A DNA stretch of 64,000 nucleotides, taken from Clostridia bacterium. Its GTDB lineage: Bacteria; Bacillota; Clostridia; UMGS1883. This document shows positions 17,277 to 29,118 of the stretch, piece after piece. Location: assembly GCA_051866635.1 (NCBI GenBank), contig JBJDXJ010000026.1, forward strand, positions 1 through 64,000, read 5' to 3'. The notes beneath the pieces were generated by a model. That model saw only the letters and a list, made by a program, of their open reading frames with translations. It had not been told where the DNA came from and ran no database searches. How positions within the stretch are numbered: the stretch's first letter is position 1; each line of letters begins with the position of its first letter. The translations under genes and the position numbers were made by a program.

Positions 17277-19373
17277 ATGACAAACTACAAACAGTGGGAA
17301 GGTTTTGACAAAGGTACATGGGTTAAAGAAATCAATGTACGTAGCTTCATCAGACACAACTACACTCCCTACGATGGCAACGAAGACTTCCTTGAATCTC
17401 CTACAGAAGACACTTTAGCTCTTTGGAATCAGGTTCTTGAACTCAGTAAGCAGGAAAGAGAAGCAGGCGGAGTTCTTGACATGGATACAAAGATTATTTC
17501 TACAATCACTTCTCATGGTCCCGGATATCTTAACAAGGACATTGAAAAAATTGTCGGTTTCCAGACAGACAAGCCCTTTAAGCGTGCTCTTATGCCCTAT
17601 GGCGGTATCCGTATGGCTGAAAAAGCTTGTGCAGACAACGGCTACACAATCGACCCGGAAGTAAAGGAATTCTTTACAACACACAGAAAGACTCACAATG
17701 CAGGTGTATTTGATGCTTACACACCTGAAATGAGAGCTTGCCGTTCCAGCCATATCATCACAGGTCTTCCCGATGCTTACGGCAGAGGCAGAATTATCGG
17801 TGACTACCGCAGAGTTGCTCTTTATGGTGTTGACCGTCTTATCGAAGACAAGATGGAACAGAAGGCTACAACACGCTCTGCTATGTATTCTCAGGTAATC
17901 CGTGACAGAGAAGAATTAGCTGAACAGATTCGTGCTCTTGAAGCTCTTAAGCAGATGGCAGCAAGCTACGGCTATGACATTTCTCAGCCCGCAGCCAACA
18001 CACAGGAAGCTATTCAGTGGCTCTATTTTGGTTACCTTGCAGCTGTTAAGGAACAGAACGGTGCAGCAATGAGCCTTGGCAGAACTTCTACTTTCATCGA
18101 TATTTATGCTGAACGTGACCTTAAAAACGGCGTATTTACAGAAAAGCAGATTCAGGAATTTGTAGACCACTTCATTATGAAGCTTCGTCTTATCAAGTTT
18201 GCTCGTACACCTGAATACAATGCACTCTTCTCCGGTGACCCCCAGTGGGTAACAGAATCCATTGGTGGTGTTGCAATTGACGGCAGACACATGGTAACAA
18301 AGATGAGCTACCGTTACCTTCACACACTTAGAAACTTAGGTCCTGCTCCCGAACCCAACCTTACTGTTCTTTGGTCAACACGTTTGCCCGAAAACTTTAA
18401 GAAATTCTGTGCTAAGACTTCTATCGAAACAAGCTCTGTGCAGTATGAAAACGACGACCTTATGAGATTTACACATGGTGATGACTACGCTATCGCTTGT
18501 TGCGTATCTTCCATGAGAGTTGGTAAGGAAATGCAGTTCTTCGGTGCAAGAGCTAACCTTGCTAAGTGTCTTCTCTACGCTATAAACGGCGGTCGTGATG
18601 AAGTTTCCGGTAAGCAGGTTGGTCCTGAATACCGTCCTATTACAAGCGAATATCTTGACTATGATGAAGTAATGCACCGTTATGATGAAATGATGCGTTG
18701 GCTTGCAGGTGTATATGTAAATACACTTAACATCATTCACTATATGCATGATAAGTACTGCTACGAAAAGATTCAGATGGCTCTCCACGATAAGAAAGTT
18801 ACACGTTGGTTCGCAACAGGTATCGCAGGTCTTTCCGTTGTAGCCGACTCTCTTTCCGCAATTAAGTACGCAAAGGTTAAGGTTATCCGTGACGAAACAG
18901 GTCTCGCTGTAGACTACAAGGTTGAGGGCGACTTCCCCAAGTACGGTAACAATGATGACAGGGTTGACAATATTGCATATGATATTGTACACCGTTTCAT
19001 GGAACATGTAAGGAAGAATCATACATACCGTGATTCTATCCCCACAACAAGTATTCTTACAATTACTTCTAACGTTGTTTATGGTAAGAATACCGGTGCT
19101 ACACCTGATGGCAGAAAGAAGGGCGAACCCTTCGCTCCCGGTGCTAACCCCATGCACAGAAGAGATACACACGGTGCTGTAGCATCCCTTTCTTCTGTAG
19201 CTAAACTTCCCTTCATCGATGCTCAGGATGGTATTTCCAACACATTCTCTATCATCCCCGGTGCACTTGGTAAGGACGATAAGATTTTTGCAGGCGACAT
19301 CGAAGTTGATCTCGACTGTTCTAACGGTGCTTGCGGCACACCTACCCTTTTTGAAGGTCTTGACGCAGAATAA
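17277..19373 (+). CDS. pflB: Pyruvate formate-lyase catalytic subunit without the glycyl-radical domain; novel CX4C tail
   Basis: [17 protein letters not shown], active-site [19 protein letters not shown]. Ends [13 protein letters not shown] plus a foreign tail, with no RVSGY motif. Confidence 0.93.
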   Translation: MTNYKQWEGFDKGTWVKEINVRSFIRHNYTPYDGNEDFLESPTEDTLALWNQVLELSKQEREAGGVLDMDTKIISTITSHGPGYLNKDIEKIVGFQTDKPFKRALMPYGGIRMAEKACADNGYTIDPEVKEFFTTHRKTHNAGVFDAYTPEMRACRSSHIITGLPDAYGRGRIIGDYRRVALYGVDRLIEDKMEQKATTRSAMYSQVIRDREELAEQIRALEALKQMAASYGYDISQPAANTQEAIQWLYFGYLAAVKEQNGAAMSLGRTSTFIDIYAERDLKNGVFTEKQIQEFVDHFIMKLRLIKFARTPEYNALFSGDPQWVTESIGGVAIDGRHMVTKMSYRYLHTLRNLGPAPEPNLTVLWSTRLPENFKKFCAKTSIETSSVQYENDDLMRFTHGDDYAIACCVSSMRVGKEMQFFGARANLAKCLLYAINGGRDEVSGKQVGPEYRPITSEYLDYDEVMHRYDEMMRWLAGVYVNTLNIIHYMHDKYCYEKIQMALHDKKVTRWFATGIAGLSVVADSLSAIKYAKVKVIRDETGLAVDYKVEGDFPKYGNNDDRVDNIAYDIVHRFMEHVRKNHTYRDSIPTTSILTITSNVVYGKNTGATPDGRKKGEPFAPGANPMHRRDTHGAVASLSSVAKLPFIDAQDGISNTFSIIPGALGKDDKIFAGDIEVDLDCSNGACGTPTLFEGLDAE

Positions 19374-19414
19374 TTTGCATTTAATTAAATTTTAATTTTA
19401 GGAGGATAAACATT

Positions 19415-19657
19415 ATGGCAGCAACACAGAATCAAATTGACAACCTTGTATCACTTTTGGACGGTTATGTAGAAAAAGGCGGACATCACCTTAACGTAAA
19501 CGTATTTACAAAAGAAACTCTTCTTGACGCTCAGGCACATCCCGAACGTTATCCTCAGCTTACAGTTCGTGTAAGTGGTTACGCAGTTAACTTCATCAAG
19601 CTCACAAAGGAACAGCAGGATGAAGTTATCTCCAGAACATTCCACGACTCTATCTAA
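19415..19657 (+). CDS. Stand-alone glycyl-radical domain of PFL (GrcA/YfiD-like)
   Basis: Own AGGAGG RBS; GGHHLNVNV...[15 protein letters not shown] glycyl-radical motif. Confidence 0.93.
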   Translation: MAATQNQIDNLVSLLDGYVEKGGHHLNVNVFTKETLLDAQAHPERYPQLTVRVSGYAVNFIKLTKEQQDEVISRTFHDSI

Positions 19658-20403
19658 TGAACGGACGTATTCACTCCAGCGAAAGCTTCGGTACTGTTGA
19701 CGGTCCGGGAGTACGATATGTACTGTTTATGCAGGGTTGTCCCATGCGTTGCAAGTATTGTCACAATCCCGACACATGGGAAGTATCAGGAGGATATGAT
19801 ATAACAGCATCCGAAGTTATCGCTGAATACAATCGTAACCGTGCTTTTTACAAAAAAGGCGGTATTACCGTTACAGGCGGAGAACCTTTGATGCAGGTTG
19901 ATTTCTTGATTGAGCTTTTCACTTTGGCAAAAAAAGAAAACATTCACACTTGTATTGATACTTCAGGTATAACATTCAAGCCTGATAATATGGAATATAT
20001 AAAAAAGCTGGACATTTTGATGGGATTAACAGACCTTGTTATGCTTGATATAAAGCATATTGACCCTATATGTCACAAGGAGCTAACAAAGCAGGATAAT
20101 TCAGGTATTTTGGCATTTGCTAAATATTTAGAAGGAAAAAATATCCCACTTTGGATAAGGCATGTTATTGTTGAAGGCATCACAGACGATAAAAATGACT
20201 TAATTAAATTAGGTAACTTTATCGGTAAACTGCATAATCTTCAGGCACTTGACGTTCTTCCCTATCATACAATGGGCGTGAATAAGTATAAGGAGCTTGG
20301 TATCCCCTATCCATTGGAGGGTATGCCTGCACTTACACCACAGGATGCATATAAGGCAAAGGAATTCATTATGGAAGGCATCCGTATGGTACATCACAAA
20401 TAA
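19657..20403 (+). CDS. pflA: Pyruvate formate-lyase activating enzyme (radical SAM)
   Basis: SFGTVDGPG, CPMRCKYCHNPD, TGGEP; TAATG overlap with the upstream gene. Confidence 0.95.
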   Translation: MNGRIHSSESFGTVDGPGVRYVLFMQGCPMRCKYCHNPDTWEVSGGYDITASEVIAEYNRNRAFYKKGGITVTGGEPLMQVDFLIELFTLAKKENIHTCIDTSGITFKPDNMEYIKKLDILMGLTDLVMLDIKHIDPICHKELTKQDNSGILAFAKYLEGKNIPLWIRHVIVEGITDDKNDLIKLGNFIGKLHNLQALDVLPYHTMGVNKYKELGIPYPLEGMPALTPQDAYKAKEFIMEGIRMVHHK

Positions 20404-20406
20404 GAT

Positions 20407-20443
20407 AAAATCCCCCCGACAGATTTACTGTCAGGGGGATTTT
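20407..20443. terminator. Bidirectional terminator between pflA and the sugar ABC operon
   Basis: AAAATCCCCC.GACAG/CTGTC.GGGGGATTTT hairpin. Confidence 0.75.
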
Positions 20444-20456
20444 GCATTGTTTAAAA

Positions 20457-21500
20457 TTATTTCTTTTTGTTTTTTCTAAGTAAAACAACGCTCTGTATAA
20501 CAAGGAATAAACAAATCATCGCCGCAACGGTAATATTTGTCCACCAAGCCTCGTCCAAACCTAAGGAGGAAACGATGTTCTTTATTGTACTTAAACTTAA
20601 TACACCAAAGAAAGTACCTATAATATTGCCTACGCCACCTGTTAGCATTGTACCGCCAATGATTGACGATGCAATGGCATTCATTTCAGCACCGCTGGCA
20701 TGAGAAGGTGAACCTGAACCCACGTGCATGAAATATACAAAACCGCCTATGCCTGCCAAAATACTGCACAAAAGATGTGCTGTGAACTTTGTCCGTTTAA
20801 CATTGATTCCAAGCATATTTGCACTGTGGTAATTTCCGCCTACTGCATAAAAGTTACGGCCTGTTTTTGACCATTTCAAAAATACAAAAAGTAGAAGTAC
20901 AATCACTACTGCCACAATTACCCCGGGTTCCACATAAGCGGGAACATATTTCCCCAGCTTATTGACGCTACCCATCCCGGGTACGTAAACACGTGTTCCC
21001 TTCAATGCTTTAAAGGCTTCGTTTTGCACATTAAACTGAGTAGAGTTGACAATTGTTGTCATACCCTTTGCAAAAAACATTCCCGCCAGTGTTACAATAA
21101 AGGGTTGAATTTCTAAGTACGCAACAAGATAACCTTGTACTATACCGAAGGCAACGCCTATTCCAAGTGCCAAAAGCATTGCAGTTGGAACATTGCCTCC
21201 GCCGTAATCAAGATGTACGGCACAGCTCATACATACAAGTGCTGTTAAAGTACCGACGGAAATATCAATACCGCCTGTAATCATTACAATGCTCATACCG
21301 CAGGAAAGAATAATCAATGCGGCATTATCGTTAAGTATGTTAAAGAAGGTCTGTGGTTTTGTAAAGCCTGAACCCAATAACACAACTGCACTTACATACA
21401 TAACAAGAAATACTACAATTGTAATTAAAAGAAGCAGGTTTGTATCGGTAATACCGCCCTTCTTTTTTAAAGAACCTTTACCAGTAGCCATTTTTGACAT
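20457..21500 (-). CDS. Sugar ABC transporter permease (YjfF-like)
   Basis: GGIDISVG, QPFIVTLAGM, GRNFYAVGGN, IIGGTMLTGG. Confidence 0.88.
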   Translation of the reverse strand: MSKMATGKGSLKKKGGITDTNLLLLITIVVFLVMYVSAVVLLGSGFTKPQTFFNILNDNAALIILSCGMSIVMITGGIDISVGTLTALVCMSCAVHLDYGGGNVPTAMLLALGIGVAFGIVQGYLVAYLEIQPFIVTLAGMFFAKGMTTIVNSTQFNVQNEAFKALKGTRVYVPGMGSVNKLGKYVPAYVEPGVIVAVVIVLLLFVFLKWSKTGRNFYAVGGNYHSANMLGINVKRTKFTAHLLCSILAGIGGFVYFMHVGSGSPSHASGAEMNAIASSIIGGTMLTGGVGNIIGTFFGVLSLSTIKNIVSSLGLDEAWWTNITVAAMICLFLVIQSVVLLRKNKKK

Positions 21501-21501
21501 A

Positions 21502-22593
21502 TTAACCTACCTCCTTTACATTCTTTACAGGAGCTATCTTCTTCCAGAGCTTACCTGTTTTTTCACGTACAACAGGAGCACTCATAACAACAAGAATTAT
21601 AACTACTACTGCCTTATAAGCAGGCAATGCATCGGAAGCAACGTTAAATTTAAAGAGCGTTGTTGTCAAAAACTGAATAACATATGCACCTAAAATTGAC
21701 GCTTTCATATCGAATTTTCCGCCACCAAGAGCATTTCCGCCAAGTGCAACTGCCAAAATGGCATCCATTTCAATGTCCTTTGCTATTACAGAATAGTTGA
21801 TTGTTGAAATACGGCTTACCTTAATAAGTGCGGCAACAGCAACGCAAAGACCCATAATAACATAAGATAAGAACTTAATAAACTGTGGATTAAGACCGTT
21901 AAGACGTGAAGATTCTGAATTAATACCTACCGCCTGAACATATAAGCCCAAATTTGTAAATTTCAGCACCAGTGCAATAACAATCATACAAGCTATTGCT
22001 ATAAACACAGGTGTAGGAACAGGTATTCCGGGAATAAAATTACCGAAATATCCGAAAACGGGCTCTTTTATAATCGGAAGCTGATTACCGTTAATCCATG
22101 CGGCAATAGAACGTCCTGCCGTAAAAAGTATAAGGGTTGCCACCATTGGCTGAATTTTAAAATATGCAACAAGTGTTCCGTTAAAAGCACCGAACAACAT
22201 ACTGACAAGGCATGCGATTAAAAATGCCACAATAATAGGTGCCTGCATTGTCTCAGGTCTTGCACCTGCATTACCGCAAAGAATACGAAGTATAACACTG
22301 CCTGCAATAGCAATTGTAGCACCTACAGAAATGTCCTGACCGCCTGATGCCGCAGTAACCAATGTCATACCGATAGCTAAGATTACAAGCTCCGAAGCAT
22401 TGTTCAGAATAGTTATTAAATAACCTGACAATACAGGGTCCCCTGCACTGTTCTGACCTAATGTAATTTTAAAGAAAGAAGGGTCTGCAATTAAATTAAA
22501 TATTACCAGAATGAGCAGTGCCGCAATAGGGATGAAAATCTGTTGGCGTACCAGTGATAATAAGAAATTCCCCTTTGGCTGTTTCTTTGCCAT
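21502..22593 (-). CDS. Sugar ABC transporter permease (YtfT-like)
   Basis: GQDISVG, IQPMVATL, EMDAILAVALGG. Confidence 0.88.
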   Translation of the reverse strand: MAKKQPKGNFLLSLVRQQIFIPIAALLILVIFNLIADPSFFKITLGQNSAGDPVLSGYLITILNNASELVILAIGMTLVTAASGGQDISVGATIAIAGSVILRILCGNAGARPETMQAPIIVAFLIACLVSMLFGAFNGTLVAYFKIQPMVATLILFTAGRSIAAWINGNQLPIIKEPVFGYFGNFIPGIPVPTPVFIAIACMIVIALVLKFTNLGLYVQAVGINSESSRLNGLNPQFIKFLSYVIMGLCVAVAALIKVSRISTINYSVIAKDIEMDAILAVALGGNALGGGKFDMKASILGAYVIQFLTTTLFKFNVASDALPAYKAVVVIILVVMSAPVVREKTGKLWKKIAPVKNVKEVG

Positions 22594-22594
22594 A

Positions 22595-24106
22595 TCAACC
22601 CTCACCTCCTGCAATAGTAGTCATAATTGTATTTTGTGTCAGCCCATCACCCGAAAGCTCACCTACAACCTTTCTGTCACGCATGACAACAAGTTTGGAA
22701 CATGTTCTGAGCATTTCATCAATTTCGGAAGAAATAAAAGTAATGCTCTTTCCTTCTTTGGCAAGCTTTAAAACAAGCTTCTGAATTTCAATCTTTGTTC
22801 CCACATCAATACCGCGTGTGGGTTCGTCAAGTATAAGATATGAAGGATTTGTCAAAAGCCATCTTGCTAAGATTACTTTCTGCTGATTGCCGCCTGACAG
22901 TGACTTAATAGGCGTGTTTGATGATGCTGTTTTAATTTCCAGAAGTTTTATATATTCATCAGCAAATGCCTCTGCTTTTGCCCTTGAAAATGGTTTGAAG
23001 AAACCTTTCATAACCTGAAGTGCAAGAATAATATTTTCCCTTACAGACAAATCGCCCACAATGCCGTCACGTTTTCTGTCTTCGGGCAGATAGCCAATGC
23101 CGTGCCTCATTGCATCCAAAGGTTTTGAAATTTTAACCTTTTCACCGTTTACAAAAACTTCTCCTCCGGTGGTTTTATCAGCACCGAAAATTGCCCTGAC
23201 ACATTCACTTCTGCCGGAACCTAAAAGCCCTGTGAAACCATTTACTTCACCTTTATGCACAGAAAAATCAAATGGACTGATACCTGATGTGCTTGTAAGG
23301 TTTTTAACCTCAAGAACGGGAATCTCATTATCAAAATCTTCTGCCTTATTATCGTGATTTTTAATTTCCGAAAGGTCGTCCAGTTCCTTACCCAGCATTT
23401 TTGATACAAGTTGCACTCTGGGAAGTTCTGCTATAGGATATTCGCCTACTAATTGCCCGTCACGAAGAACAGTAATGCGGTCACAGACCTCATATACCTG
23501 ATCAAGAAAGTGTGTAACAAATATTATACCTACGCCGTTAGCTTTCAGCTCACGCATTAATTTGAACAGCTTTTCAACTTCCTGTTCATCCAAGGAAGAT
23601 GTGGGTTCGTCAAGAATTAAAACTTTACAATCCATATCAACTGCACGGGCAATTGCCACCATCTGTTGTACTGCAATAGAGCAAGTTCCCAACTGCTGAG
23701 TGGGCTTTGCAGGAATACCCAATTCTTCCAGAATACGTCCGGCATCTGCGTTCATTTTTTTCCAGCTTACTCCTGCACCTTTTTTTCTGGCAATGTACAT
23801 ATTCTCCGCCACTGTAAGATTAGGACAAAGGGTAATTTCCTGATAAACAGTGCTTATACCTGTTCTTTGTGCATCTTGAGGGGATTTAATATTAACAGGA
23901 TTGTCCTCTATATAAATCTCACCACCATCTTTTTCATGCACACCTGTGAGAACTTTTATAAGTGTTGACTTACCGGCACCATTCTCACCCATAAGGGCAT
24001 GAATTTCCCCTCCTCGCAATGTAAAATCCACGTTATGGAGAGCTTTTACACCGGGGAAATATTTGCAAATTCCTCTCAGCTTTAAAACAGCGTTGTCTTT
24101 TTCCAT
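22595..24106 (-). CDS. Sugar ABC transporter ATP-binding protein (tandem NBD, YtfR/RbsA-like)
   Basis: GENGAGKST, LDEPTS, LSGGNQQK, LDEPTRGID. Confidence 0.92.
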   Translation of the reverse strand: MEKDNAVLKLRGICKYFPGVKALHNVDFTLRGGEIHALMGENGAGKSTLIKVLTGVHEKDGGEIYIEDNPVNIKSPQDAQRTGISTVYQEITLCPNLTVAENMYIARKKGAGVSWKKMNADAGRILEELGIPAKPTQQLGTCSIAVQQMVAIARAVDMDCKVLILDEPTSSLDEQEVEKLFKLMRELKANGVGIIFVTHFLDQVYEVCDRITVLRDGQLVGEYPIAELPRVQLVSKMLGKELDDLSEIKNHDNKAEDFDNEIPVLEVKNLTSTSGISPFDFSVHKGEVNGFTGLLGSGRSECVRAIFGADKTTGGEVFVNGEKVKISKPLDAMRHGIGYLPEDRKRDGIVGDLSVRENIILALQVMKGFFKPFSRAKAEAFADEYIKLLEIKTASSNTPIKSLSGGNQQKVILARWLLTNPSYLILDEPTRGIDVGTKIEIQKLVLKLAKEGKSITFISSEIDEMLRTCSKLVVMRDRKVVGELSGDGLTQNTIMTTIAGGEG

Positions 24107-24131
24107 GTTATCGCCTCCATTATATCTAATT

Positions 24132-24168
24132 AAAAACACGCGGTGCGGATTCACTCCGTACCGCGTGT
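24132..24168 (-). terminator. Hairpin with U-tract after the substrate-binding protein gene
   Basis: ACACGCGGTACGGA/TCCGCACCGCGTGT followed by T-run on the minus strand; a typical stoichiometry element in ABC operons. Confidence 0.6.
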
Positions 24169-24186
24169 GCAGTTCAAATATAAAAC

Positions 24187-25176
24187 TTAGATACCGTAGT
24201 TATCTACATCTTCCTGAGTGATTGTAGTAGCATCAAAGCCCTTTTCTTCCATAACTACAACTTTTTCAGCGGGAGCAGAACCACTTTCAAGACCTGCGAT
24301 AATTTCATCAATATATCCTGCCTGGAAGGGGTTACACTGACCGTCATAGTTCCAGTTACCAGCAAGGAGTTCTTCAAGAGCCCACTTATTGCAGTCAAAG
24401 CCCATGATAATAACATCACCATCAACACCATGTGTGATGCCTGCTGCGTCAAGAGCTGCTACAGCACCCTTAGCCATGTCATCGTTTTCAGCATAAATAA
24501 CATTGAAAGCTTCACCGGAGTCGATAACAGCCTGTACAATCTGTTGTGCTGTTTCAGCATTCCATTCAGCTGTCTGCTGTGTTACAAGATTCCAGTTTTC
24601 ATTTTCCTGAACCATTGTGTCAAGTGCACCTGTACGGCCAATCTGTGCAGATGAACCCATAACACCCTGGATATGGATAACGTTATATGTTTCTAAATTC
24701 TGACCAGCCAACCAATTTACAGCTGTTTCGCCTTCAAGTGCCATATCGGAAACGATAGAAGCAACATACAAGCTTTCATCAGCGTCAATTGTTCTGTCGA
24801 AAAGAATTACCTGAATACCTGCATCTGCGGCATCCTGCAACACTGTATCCCAACCGGATGTACCTGCGGCGGAAATTAATAAGTAGTCAACTTCGTCCTG
24901 AATGAACTTCTGTGCATATGCAATCTGTTCATCATTCTTAAGGGAGTATGCAAAAGAAGCATCATAGCCGTTTTCTTCACAGAATACACGCTTCATATCT
25001 GCATCGTTAGCTGTACGGTAACCTGATTCATTAGGGTCGTTATTGATAATACCAACTTTAATGAGTTCAGAGACAGGAGCTGTATCCTCAACTACAACTT
25101 CCTCGCCTGTGTTGGAACATGCAACAAGTGCAAATACCATTACCAGTGCCAACATAATACTGAGTAACTTTTTCAT
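24187..25176 (-). CDS. Sugar ABC substrate-binding lipoprotein (YtfQ-like)
   Basis: Lipobox LVAC; ESGYRTAN, LFDR, AENDDMA periplasmic-binding-protein type I motifs. Confidence 0.85.
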   Translation of the reverse strand: MKKLLSIMLALVMVFALVACSNTGEEVVVEDTAPVSELIKVGIINNDPNESGYRTANDADMKRVFCEENGYDASFAYSLKNDEQIAYAQKFIQDEVDYLLISAAGTSGWDTVLQDAADAGIQVILFDRTIDADESLYVASIVSDMALEGETAVNWLAGQNLETYNVIHIQGVMGSSAQIGRTGALDTMVQENENWNLVTQQTAEWNAETAQQIVQAVIDSGEAFNVIYAENDDMAKGAVAALDAAGITHGVDGDVIIMGFDCNKWALEELLAGNWNYDGQCNPFQAGYIDEIIAGLESGSAPAEKVVVMEEKGFDATTITQEDVDNYGI

Positions 25177-25247
25177 CTTACATCCTCTTCTTTCTTTTTT
25201 GATTGGGTAGGCAAACAATTTGCTCTTCCCTATGTCTACATTAAACC

Positions 25248-25277
25248 ACTATTTTGTTTTTTTGTCAACTATTTTGT
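25248..25277 (-). promoter_or_regulatory. Direct repeat flanking the -35 box of the sugar ABC promoter
   Basis: ACAAAATAGT twice with 20-bp period (minus strand), overlapping TTGACA at 25263-25268. Confidence 0.5.
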
Positions 25278-25294
25278 GCAAAATTTATTATTTT

Positions 25295-26428
25295 TTATAA
25301 ATTATTCATATTGTTTTTATAACTTTTGCACAATTTGTAATTTTTCAGGAAGGCTTTCTGTTCACCGGTTATTCTGAAACTTTCAACCGCCTTTTGTATG
25401 GCTTTATTGTGGACCCATAAAGGTAAAGAAAATTCAGTTATATAAGGTGAAACTTCTTCCCACTGTTTTGAAAGTGCCGTTGCAAAATACCATGCAATCA
25501 TCATGTTAACGTAATACTCGTCACTTTTTATTTCTGACACAATCTTCGGGTATACAGGATCAAAATCATCATCCAGAAAATGTGTCATCAGCATACCTAT
25601 GGCAAACCGCACGGTATAAACCTTATCTGAATTTAACCAGTTTTTTATTTCCCCTAAAAGTTCCCTCTTGTGTTTTTTAAAGCATTTCGGTCTTAACATA
25701 TCACAAGTTGCCCAGTTGTCAACATATGGTAAAAATTCATTGACTTTTTGAATACATAAGTCATAATCCTTAATATTTTCAAGTAAAAAAGCATGAAGAT
25801 TATTTTCTTCATAATATTTGTGCGGAAGAACTTCTAAAAACCTATTGGCATCATCTTCTTTAAGTTCTTTTGCAAATTTTCTTAAAACGGGTGTACGTAT
25901 GCCGATAATCAAATCTTTCTTTACATTCGGCATTAATTTTGCATGAAAATCCCTGTATTTTAAATCCTGCATCTCAAAAAGGCTGTTTCTTATGTTGCTG
26001 TTTATAATGCTGCTTATTTCACTTTCACCAAAAACTTCTATACCGTTTTCTTTCAGAAGTTTTGCAGTAATTCCGTCACCTTGTATAACAGTATGAGTGA
26101 AAGTCCCGTCATAAATCTCCCCACTGCCGCAAGAAGGGCTTCTCTCTTTAAGTACAGCTTTTTTTATATTGAACATTTTGCAAATTTTAAGTGCTTCGCA
26201 GGCACCTTTCATATATTCCTTTGTTACATCAATACCATCTTTATTTATAACTTTTTCTTTTATTATTTCACTTGGTGTTCTCGGTGTGGGAAGTCCGCCG
26301 TAAATTTCAGGGCAAAAAGGGATAAGATTGAAGTTTTCTTCTATTCCTTTTAAATCATATTCAACACTTTTCCCGTCATAACGGCAGGCAAATCCTAAAA
26401 GGCACGCACTTATTAAAACATTTTCCAT
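25295..26428 (-). CDS. Fusion: DUF523/TudS thiouracil desulfidase domain + AlkD-like DNA alkylation repair domain
   Basis: N-terminal SACLLG..CRYDG, CPE..GGLPTPR, LKERSPSCG. C-terminal GIRTP.LR, NWATCD, YYVNMMIAWY.ATAL. Confidence 0.85.
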   Translation of the reverse strand: MENVLISACLLGFACRYDGKSVEYDLKGIEENFNLIPFCPEIYGGLPTPRTPSEIIKEKVINKDGIDVTKEYMKGACEALKICKMFNIKKAVLKERSPSCGSGEIYDGTFTHTVIQGDGITAKLLKENGIEVFGESEISSIINSNIRNSLFEMQDLKYRDFHAKLMPNVKKDLIIGIRTPVLRKFAKELKEDDANRFLEVLPHKYYEENNLHAFLLENIKDYDLCIQKVNEFLPYVDNWATCDMLRPKCFKKHKRELLGEIKNWLNSDKVYTVRFAIGMLMTHFLDDDFDPVYPKIVSEIKSDEYYVNMMIAWYFATALSKQWEEVSPYITEFSLPLWVHNKAIQKAVESFRITGEQKAFLKNYKLCKSYKNNMNNL

Positions 26429-26462
26429 AACTTACAACTCCTGTAACTGAAAACAGGCAGCA

Positions 26463-29105
<2,643 letters not shown>

Positions 29106-29118
29106 AATTTGCCTCCTA

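Noticed and set aside
19360-19420. Programmed frameshift/readthrough or pseudogenisation explaining the PFL split
   Set aside because: The spacer is AT-rich with several stops, the downstream gene has a strong RBS and is out of frame, no PFL sequence appears lost, and all catalytic motifs are intact.
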